Assembly: GCF_009914755.1 (NCBI RefSeq)
Contig: NC_060935.1
Direction: 5' to 3' (one strand)
Length of the DNA stretch: 64,000 bases
Source: the human T2T-CHM13v2.0 reference genome, Homo sapiens
Shown here: in pieces, positions 12,750 to 27,384 of the stretch
How the letters are laid out: every line of letters begins with the position of its first letter
Numbering within the stretch: position 1 is the first letter of the stretch
Position numbers and translations under genes: made by a program
The notes under the pieces: model-generated
Told to the model about the DNA's origin: nothing
What the model saw: the letters and a program-made list of their open reading frames with translations, nothing else
Database searches by the model: none

Positions 12750-15180
12750 TTTACTTTCAAGTGTAATTATATCCCTTCACATATAAAATAAGAACTTTAC
12801 AGTATTTAACCACTCCTGCCATCTCCTTTATAACAGCTTTGTTGTATATTTTTATTACTCTTAAACAAATAATTATCTTTCACATAGATTTAAATTATTG
12901 AAATCACTATGTAGTCACTTCTGGTGCTGTTCATTCTTTTGTCTAGAATCACATTTCAATCTGGTATTTTTTTCCCTTCTGATTGATGGGCTTCATTTAT
13001 CATTTCTTTTAGTGCAAGTTTAATCATGAAGGGTTCTTTCAGTGTTGATATGTCTGAAATAACTTTATTTCACATTCCTTTTCAAAATATGTATTCCCTG
13101 GGTAAAGAATCCTAGGTGACAGTTATTCTGTTTCAGTGTTTTGATGCTGTTGCTCTGCTGTATCTTGACTTGCAATGTTTTTGAGGAGAAGCTAAATGAA
13201 CAATGATGTTACATGAAATAAAATGTTATTATTTTTCTTATTCCTCTGTATACAAAGTGTTTGTGTTTTGACTGCTTAAGGTTTTTATTTATCACTTGCT
13301 GTGTGAAATTGTGTTTGTTTTTATTTTGTTTTGTTTTGTTTTCTCTCCACTTTTGTTTGGGGTTCAGGGCTACATGTGCTGGTTTGTTACATGGGTAATT
13401 TGAGTATCACTGAAGTTTGGTATACAAGTGATCCCATCACCCAGGTAGTGAACATAGCACCCAATATGTAGCTTTTCAACCCTTGCACCTTGCTCTCTCT
13501 TCTCCTCTAGTGTACCCCAGTGCCCAGTGTCTATCATTCCCACCCATCTTTATGTCTATTTGAACACAATCTTTAGTTCTCACTTATAAGTGACAACATG
13601 TATTATTTGATTTCCTGTTCCTGTGTTAATATGCTTAGAATAATGGCCTTCAGCTGCATCCACATTACTGCAAAAGACATGATTTTCTTCTTTTTATGGC
13701 TATACAATATTCCACATATGTATAGAATATTTCATATAGTATTCCATATATATTGTATTAGCCATGTAGTATTCCACATTGTAATTCAAAGTGCTATATA
13801 TATTTGTACATTCCATATATAGTCTGTATATATATATATAGATATATATTTGTACATATATATAGCACATTGGATTACAATGTGTCTTCAGTTAGTTTTC
13901 TACATATTGTTTGTACCTGGGATTGTTTAATCTTCTTGAATCTGAGGGTTTTTAATTTTTAACAATTGGAAAACTTTCACCTATAATTTATTTAAATAAT
14001 TTTAATGGCCCTCTTCTTTGAGGAGTTTAATTACATGTATATTTGGCTTCTTGAAGTTGTTCAGCTTATTGTTCTCTGTTTTTAAAAAAATATTTTGATT
14101 CTCTGTGTTTCATTTGGGATATTTTCTATTGGTATGTCTACAGGTTCACTTGTTTTTTTTCTTCTATGATGTCTAATCTGCTATGAATACAATCCCACGT
14201 ACTTTTCATCTTTTACATTGTACATCTCTCTGTGGAAATTCAATATTTTGTAGTGTCCTCTGTGTTCCTACTTACCTTTTTGAAAATATGACATGCACTT
14301 ATAAAACTTTTAATGCCCTTGTTTGATAATTCTAACACCCATGTCAGTTCTTGGTTAGTTTCAATTGATTGGTTATTCTGTTCATTAAGGATCATGATTT
14401 CCTGATTCTTTGTATGCCTGACAATTATTCAATGTATCCCACATATTACCAATTGTGCCTTGGTGTTTGCTGGATAATTTTGTATTTTATGAATACTATT
14501 AAGCTTTGTTGTGGGATACAATTAGTTGAAAACAATTTAATCCTTTTAGATATTACTTTTATTATTTATCAGGTGAGTCCAGGTCAGTAATTGGTCTAAG
14601 GCTGGTTATTTTCTTATACTGGAATAAGATCTTGAATACTGTACATATAGCCTCAGGAATTATGAGTTTTTCTAGTCTGTATGTAATAAATTGTTACAAT
14701 CCCTGCCTTTATTTGAGTGCTGGACACTCCTCTTTATTTTTAGGATGATTGTTTCTTCAATTATGTGTGGTTTCATTTTGCATATTCTCATCAGTCATCT
14801 CTTGAATAATTAAGAATTATTATTTGCAAAGATACAATGTCCATTGTGCAGATCTCTTATCTTTGGTACTCTGTCCTGCAAACCCTGGCTACCAGCAGAC
14901 TCTCAACTTGTCTTTTAAACTCAGGAATTCTGAGCTTCACTTGGGTTTGCCCTTCATGCAGTCCGGTCTGGTTAGTCTCATAAGACAGAAAAGGGAAGAT
15001 ACCACAGGATTCAACTGCTTTGTTTTCTGTCTCTCAGGGGGAACTCTCCTTAGTTGTCTGACATCTGTGTCATGAAAGCTACTGTTTCATATATTTTGTC
15101 TTTCATTTTCTTTTTCTTGTTTAAATGGGAAGTTAAAATCTCATCTCAATTACTCCATATTATTTGGTAGCAGAAGAGAA
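12750..15180 (-). mobile_element. Old L1M (ORF1 region), antisense, with a nested younger L1 3' end at about 13310-13730
   Basis: T-rich degenerate ORF1 antisense sequence; the nested TACATGTGCTGGTTTGTTACATGGGTAA...CACTTATAAGTGACAACATG is an L1PA/PB 3' UTR motif. Confidence 0.7.
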
Positions 15181-15840
15181 TATTCAGGATATATTTAGGT
15201 GAGCTCTGTAAATATTTTTTCATTCTTTTTCTTTATCATTAATCTTCATCTTTAAGTCTCTTACCTCTAGATTGATACAAAGATTTTTTTTTTTAATTCA
15301 AAGTTCTGAACACTTCATATCCCCTGAATCTTCCACCCCAGTCAATGCCTCTGTTCACTTCTGAGTGTATCATAATTAACCCTCCACAGGACTTTCAACT
15401 TTCCATTCTTAGTATTCTGCAACCTCTAACTTGTGCAGCAGTCATAGCTATCCATTACCCAAAGATAGATCAGAACACTTGTTAGCTAAAAATCCCACAG
15501 TGGCTTATTTATCAAGATAAAATGCAAGATTTATAAAGGCCTGTATAGTTTTACTTGGTTGAGTTCTACATTACAAATCTTCAACGTATCTTCTATTTCT
15601 TAATTTTATTTTATGGTCCAATCACGTTTTGACTGTTGCTTTTCAAAATAAAAGTCATATTATTTTTTAAAAACTGCTATGCTAATAGTTCTCTCACCCT
15701 GGAATAGCTTTCCCATAAGTATTCACACAGTCTACTTACTCAGTTCTTCAGGTGTTTGTTTAAATATTATCTCATCAGAGGAATCCCATGAAAGTCTCAA
15801 TTAAAAAATTAATTATTGTCCTGGCTACTTGCTTTATTTA

Positions 15841-15881
15841 AAGTAATGGCAAAAACCACAGTTACTTTTGCACCAACCTAA
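15841..15881. mobile_element. Partial MADE1 (one Hsmar1 TIR)
   Basis: AAGTAATGGCAAAAACCACAGTTACTTTTGCACCAACCTAA followed by TA. Confidence 0.85.
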
Positions 15882-15974
15882 TATATTCATTTTACTCAAT
15901 ACTGTCAATCATACAAAATAACTCACTTGTCATTCCACTCATTTTCTATTGGCTTCATAAAGAGAGAAATGTTG

Positions 15975-16325
<351 letters not shown>

Positions 16326-16683
16326 TTATATGAATCTATTTATACATCTGCCTTTCAGTGTACTAGGCACTCCGAATAAAATACTGATAAAATATACAGT
16401 CCCTAGCTTTAATTTTAAAAAGTTAATGGAAAACAATTTCTATGTGAGAACACATAGGAAAGGCACCTAAGCTGAACTTAAAACTGAATATTGATTAATA
16501 GTTAAAGTATGAGTAGGAATTAGTCATCTGTTAGTGATAGATTTTTATTTAAAGGTAATTAATAAAATTATCTATTTCTGTGCTTATCACACACTGATTC
16601 TTGCTCATCACATGGAGGCAACAATACAAATGTAAAGCAATATTAGTTTGAGTATCTATTTGTTATTGCATAATTTATTGTTA

Positions 16684-17643
16684 TCATAACCTACAATGAA
16701 TTTTAAATAGATGATTTGCACATATTTTCCAGGTTCTACGTAGAGCATTTTTTATCTCTTTATTCCTCAAACTGTAGATCATTGGATTCAACATAGGTGT
16801 TATCAAAGTATAAAATAAAGAGGCCATTTTGTCAATATCAAGTGAATGACTGGATTTGGGGTGAACATACATAAAGAAGAAGGTGCCATAAAATACAATT
16901 ATCACTGTCAGGTGAGTTCCACAGGTGGAGAAGGCCTTGTACCTGCCTTCTGCAGAATTCATCCTGAGGACGGCGACAAGGATCAGAATGTAAGACACAA
17001 GGACTATCAGAAGAGATGAAATCAAATTAAAAGCTGAAAAGATTAAAATTATCAATTTAATGTCTTCTGTGTCTGAACAGAGCAAAGATATCAATGGCAG
17101 ACTATCACAGTAGAAATGCTTGATGATGTTATAGCCACAAAATGATGAGGTAAACATTTTTGTGACTGTCAGCAAAGTCAAAAAGACACTGTAGAGATAA
17201 GGTATTGCCACTAGAATTTGACATGCCCTTTGTGACATGATGATCATATAGAGCAGAGGGTTACAAATGGCCACATAGCGGTCATAGGCCATTGCTGACA
17301 GAATGAAAATTTCACTACTGATAAATATACTGAAGAAAGTGAGTTGGGTAGCACACTAATTATAGGAGATTATATGTTGATCTACAACAAAGTTTACTAG
17401 CATTTTGGGTCCCACTGCTGTTGAATAACCAAGATCAATGAAAGCCAGATGCCTTAGGAAAAAGTACATGGGTGTTTGAAGCCTAGAATCTATCTTTGTG
17501 AGGATGATCAAGCCTAAGTTACCCACCACTGACAACATGTATACAATGAGGGAGAACCCAAATAATGGAGCCTGCAGCTCAGAGATGTCCGTGATTCCCA
17601 TTAGAATGAATTCATTCACTACTGTCAGATTGTGTTTGTCCAT
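16684..17643 (-). pseudogene. OR8V1P: Olfactory receptor pseudogene, family 8 (OR8K-like); single in-frame TAG at codon 96
   Basis: ORFs 17356-17643 and 16684-17292 share one frame: ...ISYN*CATQLTFFSIFISSEIFILSAMAYDRY... across 960 nt, with all OR motifs otherwise intact (PMYFFL, KAFSTCGTH, PMLNPMIYSLRNK). Acceptor AG at 17662-17663. The symbol is assigned from recalled gene order between OR5J2 and OR8J2. Confidence 0.8.
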
Positions 17644-17716
17644 TCAAGTAATTCAGGGAACCTATATTGGGAATAAATATAAAAATAATTATTAACTTCT
17701 AAGAAATATGACAAAA

Positions 17717-17890
17717 ATATGTATATGTATATATACATGTGTATATATACAAGTGTATATGTGTGTGTATATATATACAGAAGTATATATATGTGTATAT
17801 ATGTATATATGTGTATAAACATACATATACATAAACATAAATATGGAGAAAATTATATGTACATAATTATTTTATATGTATATATATAAA
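17717..17890. repeat. (TA/TG)n low-complexity microsatellite
   Basis: Alternating TATG/TA/CA runs just upstream of the pseudogene acceptor. Confidence 0.9.
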
Positions 17891-18899
17891 AACATAATTT
17901 CGTATCTCCAACTTTAGTATTTTTCCATAAATCTTGAAGGTTGAGCAAATGAAACTTTCTTTTCTGTAAATTGATAATATCATCACACACAGTATACAAT
18001 TATTTAATTGTCCCTTAAGAATATTTTAACACAGTGCATTAAAATAATGGGATATAAGCTAAGATCAAAAAAGTAACTGAAAAAAACAGTGTAAACACCA
18101 CCAAATATGTTTACTTTCAATGGGGGAAATTTGTTCAGAAAGTGGTATTCATACCATGCCAACAATTTGTCTCACATACTTCTTAGCTGCAAAACAAATG
18201 CCATAACTTTAAAACATTCTAACTACCAGAATCACAACCCAAGATTTAACTTAGCATCAGTAATAATGAACCAACTTGATAAGACAAACTATGGGTTGCA
18301 CAGAATCTTAAGTATTTGTAACAAAGGTTTTTATCCTGAATATAAACAATACTTTAGATATTACTTCCTGCTTGTGGGTAACACAAGCAATAGAGAAACA
18401 TGGCAATGACAGTGGAAATAATGTCAAGATATTTAAAGAAATAAAGGCTTGATATTAAAGAGAAATTAAAGTCATTAAGAGAGACATTAACATTATTAAT
18501 ATGATTAACATTATGAAAACCTACTGAAGAAATCCTATGTGGATGCATAGACCCAGAAAGAGAGAGAGAGAAGGAAAGAAAGGATAAGAGAGAGAAAAAG
18601 AGAAAAACAGAATAAGAGAGAGAAAGAGAGGGAGAGATCACATTTTTTATTTGTTTTACCTGAATGGCCCAGGCAACAGATATTCACTATTCAGATTAAG
18701 TTAAATGTAGACCACTTAGAAAATTTGTAGAATCCATTTATTGTAATTATTATGTAAAAAATACACTTATTTTTATTTCTTCAATTATATATATATATAT
18801 ATATATATATATCACTCCTTGTAATCAATACATTTGAGTTGACAATGTTGTATGACATAGATATTATTATTTATATAATACCTATCATAGATAGACATC

Positions 18900-20830
18900 A
18901 CTTTTTGGTAGAGTAGGAAACTCTAAAACTGTATATCTCTATTAAAGCAACAAAATTAAGATAACAAAACTATCGGAATCTACATTTTTAAGATTATTAA
19001 AATCTAGATTTTGGTTGATATTGTTGTCATGTTTCAACTCATCTGCCTACCAAGCCCATTCCTCAGCACCGTGGCAGCCATGAAGATGGTGACCCACATC
19101 ATGGTGTGGCTGCCTGGTGACCAAGGGAGCAAAATAAGCCTTGCTCTGCAGGAATTGTAGTTGTGTTTTAACCCATCCAGTGGTTCCATGAAGGATCCAC
19201 TCAGAGATTGGAGCTGGAATAGTCTCCTGATAGGACTTTGTTGAAACTATTTAAAGGCAAATATCCTAACTGCAGTTGCATGGGGAAAGGAAATAACAGA
19301 CAAGTCAAACAGCATATAGATCAAAAAGCCCAAAAAACAAGAGGCTAAGCAAGGAGATAAATGGGTGAATAAAAGCTTTGAAAAGCTTCAGAGAATTTTG
19401 AGAGCTAAACACGTCTAGGTCTACAAAATTGCTCAGAAAAAAATCTGATAAGACCCTAAGATTTCAACTCTGGCTGAACTTTAGGCTCCACTCATGTTTC
19501 AACTTCAAAAGCAGGAAGTGAAGGCTAAGGCAAGTTTTTAAATGGTTGGCTAAGAGTTTAAGGACTATCCCAAACAGAGTCAGTGTTAAAAAATATGAGA
19601 AATTTATTTTCTTTCTCTTTTTAAAAATTTTTGCTCTAGAAATTTAGTGATACCTCTGAAAAATCACTGGCAGGCAAATTGACAGAATATTCTTTACTAA
19701 ACATACATAACAAAGAATTTTCTTTAAGAAAAAAATTAGAAAAGTAAATTTAGGAAAAAATAATTTCTAAAAACAATTTAGAAAAAAAAATCAAAACTAC
19801 GGTCCACAACAACAAGGCAAACCCTGTAGAGGAAATAATACATGGTTTCTGAAGAAACCTCATTAAAATACTCAAAAAGTTAAACTTTAAATGAAAAATA
19901 AATATGTAAGCCAAGACACAAGAAAATATGTTTTATTCAGAAAAGGATTAAAAAAAATGGATAGAAACTATCTTGAGGAAGCCCAGAAACTGGAGTTACT
20001 AGACAAGGACTTTAACTGACTTATCAGCATAAGAATAATGAGAGTTCTGGAAGGAAAGAAGGGAAAGAGAAAGAAAGAACACTTGGAGAAATCATGACAA
20101 AAAATTCACAAATTTGATGAAAGATATGAATATACACATCCAAAGAAGCTTAATAAACCCAACAGAGGATAGATTCAAAGGGACTGACAGTGCAACATAT
20201 TTCAATCAAAGTGTTGAAAGCACTTTGAATCTTAATGGTAGCAAGAAAGAGGTGGCTTATCATGTAAAAGGTATTCTTAATAATATTAATAGGTAACTGT
20301 TCATAAGAAACTATGAAAGCCTGAAGGTAGAGTGCTGAGAAAAATAAATCTACTAACGATTGTATATCTGGCAAAACAATTCTTCAAAATTGAAGCTGAA
20401 ATAAAGACACAAACAAAAGTTGAAGGAGTTTGTCACTAGCAAACATGCCCTGCAATCAACAATATAAAAAGTGTTTTAGGATGAAATAAAAGGACAAACC
20501 AGACACCAACTAGAAGCCATACAGAGAAATTAAAAAAAAAAAAAAAAACAGTAAAAGTAACTAAACAGATGAATAAACAGGTGGTATAAAATCTAGTGTT
20601 ACTGTTTTGGGAGTTCCTAACTCCTCATTATTTTGCCCTTTTATATGATTTAAATATAAATTCATAAGATAATAATTACAAATTTTTATTAATTTGTGCA
20701 CAATTTATAAACATGCAATGTGTGAAATAGATAATTTGATAGTAGAGCTGCCTAAAAATTTTTAGGTACTATTGATCTTCAGTAGGCATTATTCAAATTA
20801 GGTTATTATAAATTTAGGAGTTCAAAAATT
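18900..20830 (+). mobile_element. Old L1M 5' region/ORF1 remnant
   Basis: A-rich; degenerate ORF1 motifs (GAAATCATGACAAAAAATTCACAAATTTGATGAAAGATATGAAT..., TATATCTGGCAAAACAATTCTTCAAAATTGAAG). Confidence 0.7.
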
Positions 20831-20954
20831 CAGAAGATAATATGAGAACAGAATCAAATAGTACAGTTTTGTGAGGTTGTATGTTTCCAGGGGGTTCATT
20901 GCACAGTAGGGTGACTACAGTTAACAGTAAGATTTCACAAGGTATTTCAAAAGA

Positions 20955-21770
20955 AAGCATTGTTATCACAGAAGATGACAGCTCCATGTACGTTATTGCC
21001 CCTCCAGATGTTCTAGTGGGAAAAGACATGGTTGAAGACAGTGATATTGATGATCCTGACCTTGTGTGGGTCTAGGCTAATGTGTGTGTGTGTCTTCATT
21101 TTTGCATGAAAAGTAAAAAAAAAAAAAAATCAAACAGGTTAAAAATAGGAAAAAAAGCATATAGACCCAGGATATTAAAAAAATTTTGTACAGCTATACA
21201 ATGTGTGTTTAAAGCTAAGTTATTATAGAAGAGTCAAGAAGTTTAAAACATTTAAAAGGTTATAAAGTTAAAAACTTACAGTAAGCTAAGGTAATTATTA
21301 AGGAAATAAAAATAATTTTTATAAATTTAGTGTGGTCTAAGTATATAGTGTTTATAAAGTTTGCACTATTCTACAGTAATGTACTAGGCCCTCACATTCA
21401 CTCACCTCTCACTCACTGACTCACCCAGAGCTACTTCCACTCCTGCAAGCTCCATTTTTTAGTACGTGTACTGTACAGATATACTATTTTTAATATTTTA
21501 TACCATATGATTACTGTACCTTTTCTCTGTTTAGATACGTTGAGATACAGAAATAATTACCATTGTGTTACAGTTGCCTACAGAATTCAGTACAGTTACA
21601 TGGTGTACAGGTTTGTAGGAGCAAGAGGCTATACCACATAGCCTGTGTGTATTGTAGGCTATACAACCTGGGTTTATGTGAGTACAGTGTATGATATTTT
21701 GCAAAAAACAAATCATATAATGACACATTTCTCAGAATATATTACTATCATTAAGCCACCCATGACTGTA
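20955..21770. mobile_element. Tigger3 (MER7/Golem-type) DNA transposon, partial
   Basis: Terminal repeat ...CATTAAGCCACCCATGACTG+TA at about 21750-21770; internal GACAGTGATATTGATGATCCTGACCTTGTG...GGCCCTCACATTCACTCACC motifs. Confidence 0.8.
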
Positions 21771-22249
21771 TTTCAATTTCTAACCTGGCACCTTTATTCC
21801 TATGACTCTGTCTTAGAGCAGAGGTTTTCTCCAGGTGCCTATGCCGAGAGACCCTCTATGAGAAGAGGAAGGGGAAATTTTAAGGATAATTTTCTCCGCT
21901 ATTCATTATTTTCCAGACCTCATCGTCACTCTTTTAATTTCCCCTCCCTGTATACACACACCTCAATGTCCATAAAACTGCCAGTGCCTATTTTTCTGGG
22001 ACTCCCTCAGAAGTGAGACAATCTCCATGTCTTTACTGATCCACTGGATGCTAGACCAATGTGCCAATTCCATGAAAGAAAAGAAACAGGAGGAGTTGGT
22101 GCTTTCTCAGGTCTTAAAATCTTGCTTATGTCATTGCAGTAACTGATTAACTCTTTCATTTATGGCTTATTGCCTTAATTAGCTGCACCAACATCTAGCA
22201 GTACAGTTCTCTTTCTCCAAACTCAGCTGAGTTCCTGACAGTTTTCTTA

Positions 22250-24985
22250 GTTAGGACACCAGAAGCACAAGCAACAAAAGTAGAAAACATTGATAAATTG
22301 GACTTTATCAAAATTGTAAAAAGAAACAAGATTGTGTATATCAAAGGGCATTATCAAAGAATAAAAAATACAACCTCTATAACTTTAAAAAATTATAATC
22401 ATATATCTAGTAAGAGTATAGTATCTAGAATGGATTCTTACAATTCAACAACAAAAGATAAGCAAGTCAATTCAAAAATGCACAAAGGGAAAATATTCTG
22501 TATTCATGAACTGGAAGAATCAATATTGTTAAAGTGTTAATACTACCCAAAGTGATCTACAGAGTTAATATGATTTTTATCAAAATTGTAGTGTCACTTT
22601 TTATAGAAATAACCAAAAAATCCCAAAATTTATATGGAACTACATATAAAAAATCCTGGATAGCTCAGGCAATGTTGAACAAAAGAATAAAGCTGAGAGC
22701 AACACACTGCTAAATTCTGAACTGTATTACAAAGCTTTGGTGATGAAAACAGCATGGTACTAACAAATAGACCAAATCAACCAATGGAACAGAGATTCTA
22801 GAGTTGAGTACCCAGTGGAAAAAAACAGTCTCTTCAACAAAGTGTGTTAGGAAAACTTAACATTCATAAGCAGAAGAATAAAATTGGACCCTTGTTTCAC
22901 ACTATATGCAAAATCCAGCTCAAAATGGATTAAAACTTAACTGTAAGACCCGAAACTATAAGAATCCTAGAAGAAAACATAGGGGAAATCTCTATGATAT
23001 TGCTTTGTGCAGTGATTGCTTGGATAAGACCCTGGAAGCTCAGGCAATAAAAGCAAAAATATACAAGTGGGAATGCATGAAAATAAAAAGCTTCTGTATG
23101 TGAAAGGAAACAATTACCAGAGTCAAGAGACAAGCTACAGATGAAGAGAGAATATTTGCATCCATGCATCTGATAATGGGTTAATATCTAAAATAGATAA
23201 GAAACTCAAACTCAATAGCTATATATATATGTAGGCAAAGGATCTGAACAGGCATTTCTCAAAAAAAGAAAAAAGAGTTACAAATGATCTGGAGGTATTT
23301 GAAAAAAGAATGTTCTAAATCATTAATCATTATGGAAATGCAAGTTAAAAATGAGATATCAGTCCACACCTGTCAGACTATTGTAAAAATGATGAAAGAT
23401 AATAAGTGTTGGCAAAGATGTGGAGAAAAGAAAACCCTGTCACACTGTTGGTGGAAATGTACATTTGTACAGCCATTATAAAAAAACTGTAGGAAGGTTC
23501 CTCAAAAATAAATATAGAAGAGATAGAATTACCATATGACCTGGCAATCCCACTTCTGGATATATAGCCAAAGGATTTAAAATCTGGGTATATATCCAAA
23601 GGATTTGAAATCTCATGTTTATTGCAGCACAATTCACAATAGCCAAGATATGGAAACAACCTGTTTCCATCGACAGGTGAAAGGATAAAGAGAATGTGGT
23701 ATGTATAAACAATGGGATCCTATGCAACCTTTAAAAAGAAGGAAATTCTGTCATTTCCAACAACATGAATGAATCTGGAGGATGTTATGCTAAGTAAATA
23801 AGCTAGACAAAGGAAGACAAAAACTGTTTGGTGTATTTATATATGGAATCTAAAACAATAGAACTCAGAAGCGGAGAGTAGAATGGCAGTTACCCACCTG
23901 GGGAAGGAAAAAATGGGGAGATATTGGTGAAAGTGTACAAAGTTTCAATTAGAGAGAAGTAAGTTTTGCTGAGATCTGGTGAATAGCATGGTGACTGTTG
24001 ATAATACTGCATTGCATATTTCAAAATTGCTAAAACACTACATTTCAAATATTCTCACCACGCAAAATAAAAAACATTTGAAGTGATGGGTATGTTAATT
24101 AGCTTGATTTAATTATTCAGCATTGGATACATAAATAATAATAAACTAACTTTGTACCCAATGTATATATACAACTTTAATATGTCAATTTATAATAAAA
24201 TATATGAAACTGGGCAAAGAAATTGAACAGACATTTCTCATTGAAGATCTGAAGATATACAAATGGCCACCAAGCACATGAAAAGATGTTCAATACCATT
24301 TCTCATTAAGGAAATACAATCAAAACCGTAAGGAGATACTCCTTGGTAACCACTAGGATGGCTGTAATAAAAAATAAATAAAAAGGAAAATTAAAAATAC
24401 TGGCAAGAATGTGGAGAGATTTGTACTTTCATACATTGCCTTTGGGAATGTAAAATGACACACCTATTAAGAAAAGAGTTTGACAATCACTCATTAAGTT
24501 ACACATAGAATTATCATTATGAAACATATGTAAGTTCACAGCAGCATTCACAATAGCCAAAGACTGAAATAACCCAACTGTCCGTCTACTGATAAATAAA
24601 CAATTGTAGTATATCCATTCAATGGAGTATTAATCAGTCATAAAAAGAATGAAGTATTGATACATTCTAAATATAGATAAGCCTTGAAACCATTATGATA
24701 AATAAAAACTGTCAGGAGTATTGTATAATTAAATTTACATAAAATTTCCAGAATATTAAAGCTCATCCACATAGGTAAAAAGCAGATTGTTTCCAGGGCT
24801 AGAAGGTAGGGCAGAAGGTATAGCAATTGCTTAATGGGTACAAGAGTTTCCTTTCAGAGTAACAAAAATATTTTTTAACTAGATAGTGGTAATGGTTATA
24901 CAATATTTTGAATGCATTAAATGGCACTAACTTGTAAACTTTTAAATGTTGAATTTATATTATGTAAATTTATGTGACATTTATT
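22250..24985 (+). mobile_element. L1MB-type ORF2/3' end with a nested L1MA-type element (about 22480-24200)
   Basis: The outer L1 breaks at ...CAATTCAAAAATG (22480) and resumes at TGGGCAAAGAAATTGAACAGACATTTCTC (24211). The inner copy has its own 3' UTR ending near 24200. Confidence 0.8.
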
Positions 24986-27384
24986 TTACTCCAATAAAAA
25001 ATGATTTCACATTAGGACTATTTTGCTTTCATTTACCTTTATGTTACTCATCTTGATAACAAACATGTTATTATTTAATTATAACTAACTTTTGATACAT
25101 GCTGTTTTATGTAAATTGGATTTCAATTTATAAAAGATAATTGAGTAATGTTTATTGTGACTACATACTACTGTTCACTACTTCCTTGAGTAACGCATTT
25201 TTGAACAGCGAATTCATGTTTTTCATTTAATAAAAGAAAATTGCTTGGCCATTGTGAAATTACAGCAGCATCAGCATTCTTTGAATCGCACTTACCCTGC
25301 AAATAAAAACATATATTTCTATGGGAACTTTACAATAGTAATAAGCAATCTACAATTATTTCACATTAATGATGACTTATAAAACAATGGTTTTTTAAAT
25401 ATAATTTCCTACCCACTATAGACTAACATTCTTGGCTTATTCAGGAAAACTGAATTAATTTTCTGGAGACAATGCTTTTTATGTATATACTAATGGATAT
25501 GAAAAGTAGTAGTATGACCCATGTTTGGCTGCATAAGTGAGAGGTTGCAAATATGTTCTTTTCTACATCTATGCTAGTAAATACTAGTTTCCCTATGTAT
25601 GAGAAAACATATGAGCTATTTCTTTAACTTATCTTTAGAGTTCCCTGTAAAGCACTAAACTCGTTTTACTTGATTTTATTTACATTTTCATGAGTTTATG
25701 TGACTATTGAAAATGACCTAGTTCTGGACATTTAAACATTTTTTTTCAAGAAAATTTCATTTTGTTAGACTCTCTAAACATATAAAAAATCACACTTGGA
25801 CATATCTTAGCCTTGGACCTTCACTATGAAACTAGACCAGGTATAGAGATTAGAGAAGCTAGCTCATTCCCTGGCCCTGCCACTGTCCCCACTCCACAAA
25901 TAACGACCTTCAACACTAAAATAGTTAACAATAAATGTATTACGCAACGACAGACCAAGAAAATATGCATTTGTATACATTTGTTTAAACATCAAAGTGA
26001 ATTTTGAGTGGGAAAAAATAGTTTTAGAAATAGCCAATAAATAAATAAGGAATGGAAAAGACACCTTAATTTTAAGGAAAATATATATTGCTGCTTTGTA
26101 ATTTTTAAAGGACTATTCTTTGCTTGTACCTGTATTTGTGCAGGTTTTAATTTTAGTTCTTATCTCCACTAGATGTGCATTTGATCATGCAAGGGACAAT
26201 TTTATGGCATTTCAAAGACTCTTCTAACCCTTATAGGTACAGGGGATGATCTGTTCTCTTGCAAATCGGATATTATAATGTGATGGAGGCACTACGTAGT
26301 AAAATAGATGCTTTAGTATTTTGCTTCGGTCTTATCTCCAACTAAAAGTAATGTTTTGCAAATGACATTGACTCCTTCAATAATACTGGTAAATTTGGGA
26401 AACACATGAATAATGCATGATGCCTCTGAAAGAGAAAATGCAAAAATCATAAAAATACTGACATAATTTCTTTAATTAAGAGGTAACTGGAAATCATCAT
26501 GCAAATCTGTTACTTGAGGTTAAATTTCTGAAACAAATCCAATTAACTACAAATCACAAGATCATATTTGACATCTTGGTTGGAAATCATCATAAAAATC
26601 TTAGGAACCAAAGTGGGAGCTTGCTAACAACACTAACTTCTTTTTCAGAACTTGAGTTCTTGCTTTTTGTTTTTACTATTCAAAGAAATATCAGCTAACT
26701 ACAGAGAAGTCATTATCTAGCTTTCACCAAAGATTATACTGAAGATGGCTGCAACATTGCACTAGCTCAGAAACTTCACTTAGAAGCAGATTGTTAAGGC
26801 TGTGGCTAAATCACCTAGATCAGTTGTTAGAAATTAAAGATAAAGGAATACAGGACCATGAAGAGTAACTGGAACTCTGAGGTGTAGTCACAGAAACAGG
26901 TGTAGTCTACTAAACTCTAATAAGGAATCTTTCTGTGCTTTCCATGTGTCCCTAAAGTAACCCAGTAAGAAAAATTTATGGGTTTCTTTCCTCCTTTGAG
27001 ACTCTCCCTGAGGAGATGGAACACAATTTGTTAATTATGCCTAAAGCATTTGGAAGCTTCAAACAAAGCCAATGGGATATCTGCTAATAATAGAATATGC
27101 TTATATTTCCAAACAAGTAGAGTTATGTTAGTTACCTTTCCACCACTATTCTTGGTTATATTTTCTCTACTGCAACACAGAGATCTGGAATCAAAACTTG
27201 TATCTGTAGGACATAACTTTTTTTCTTGTAACTCTTAATATCTCTTTCCCAATATAGTGGATTTTTATGGCTTTGTAGCTAAGGATACAATAAAGTGCTT
27301 AAACACTGCCGATTGCATTATTTCAAAAATTTACATGAGAAAGTAATAAGTGTGTAGCTGTTTTTTCTGTACTTTGTGGTGTTT

